Shown: piece after piece, positions 48,721 through 49,654 of the stretch
How the letters are laid out: every line of letters begins with the position of its first letter
Position numbering within the stretch: position 1 is the stretch's first letter
Assembly: GCF_001194135.2 (NCBI RefSeq)
Contig: NC_068981.1
Coordinates: forward strand, 198,081,981-198,131,634
Reading direction: 5' to 3'
Origin: Octopus bimaculoides
Taxonomy: Eukaryota
Length of the DNA stretch: 49,654 nt
The notes under the pieces: model-generated
The model's database searches: none
What the model was told of the DNA's origin: nothing
What the model saw: only the letters and a program-made list of their open reading frames with translations
Translations under genes and position numbers: made by a program

Positions 48721-49006
48721 CTAGTATGCGTATATACTGTTGTAGAATTTTTATTTTTTATTTCAATTTTAATGTGTTAATTGAGCGATAATTCTATTAT
48801 AATTATTTTACAATATGTATTTTGAACCCACTTTTCAATTTAAGGTTTTCTTTGATTTTTTAAAAATAAGATGAATCTATATTGAATTCATTTGTTTCGT
48901 TTATTTTGTTCAATGCATACCTAAGACCGTTATTTGAAACGATCAATGTGTTTTAATTTTATATTAGTTTTGATTGCATCGTCATTTCTCTCCCATTTTT
49001 AATAAA

Positions 49007-49046
49007 ACTGTCTGATGAAGGGGAACGTGAAACTCCGAGTAACAGT
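49007..49046 (+). ncRNA. Degenerate hammerhead ribozyme, probably the terminal repeat of the 47343 element
   Basis: ACTGT CTGATGA A GGGG-loop-CTCC GA GT A ACAGT: stems I and II pair, but AAC is missing from the expected GAAAC-GUH. Confidence 0.5.
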
Positions 49047-49078
49047 CTTTTGTTATATTTCAGCTGCTTTTAAATAAA

Positions 49079-49118
<40 letters not shown>

Positions 49119-49654
49119 ATGTATTTATATAAGTATATGTGTATGTGTGTGTGGGCGTGTGTGTGTCACAGAACAGGTAAAACACATGATGCCAGATCAC
49201 TTTCAAATGCACTGATACACTAAATTAGCAGAAATGAGATAACCCCCAACACATCAATGTGTTTTGGAAGTCAGGGATGACTAAGGGAATGGCTGCAAAG
49301 CCAAAAAGGGAAGCTTTAATGCAGTTCGGGAACCAGTTAGAAAGAAGCAGCTAAATCTCTCTTTTTCAAAACACACCACACTGTCTTAAAAAATGATTGA
49401 CACACACACAAGGGAATGTAGTTGTAGAAGTAGAAAAAGACAGGAGCTGGTTAGAGCTGGAATACCTTAGATCAATGCTTCTTAAACTTGGGGTCACAAA
49501 TTGAAATGCTGGGGGTCACGAAAATTAAATTCAAACACTTGAATGTGAGGCCTCACAGAGGCAAAGCGACCGAGTTCCTTTCGAGCATTGGGCCTCATGG
49601 AGGCAAAGTGGCCGAGCTCCTGGCCTGCATGGAGGCAAAGTGGCCGAGCTCCTT

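Overview
AT-rich, repeat-dense eukaryotic scaffold with six N gaps. The SINE/LINE content points to an octopus, which is an inference and not a database match. The window holds the middle of one long minus-strand gene. Fourteen GT-AG exons (46292 down to 665) join with compatible phases into an open frame of about 821 codons. Its acidic linker and the start of its coiled coil resemble ANKRD26 (compared from memory); the ankyrin repeats and the rest of the coiled coil lie outside the window. The main surprise is a two-exon talin-rod module (R6-like helices 2-5, including a vinculin-binding-site-like helix) in frame in that linker and flanked by phase-0 introns. The linker also carries a CagA-like EPIYATVNK motif. 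The introns are filled with RTE LINE pieces (one ORF2 carries a PHD finger), tRNA-derived SINEs, restriction-endonuclease-type LINE ends, Penelope-like relics with hammerhead remnants, and mariner, hAT, piggyBac and Helitron-like elements. All homology calls come from recalled sequences; no search was run.
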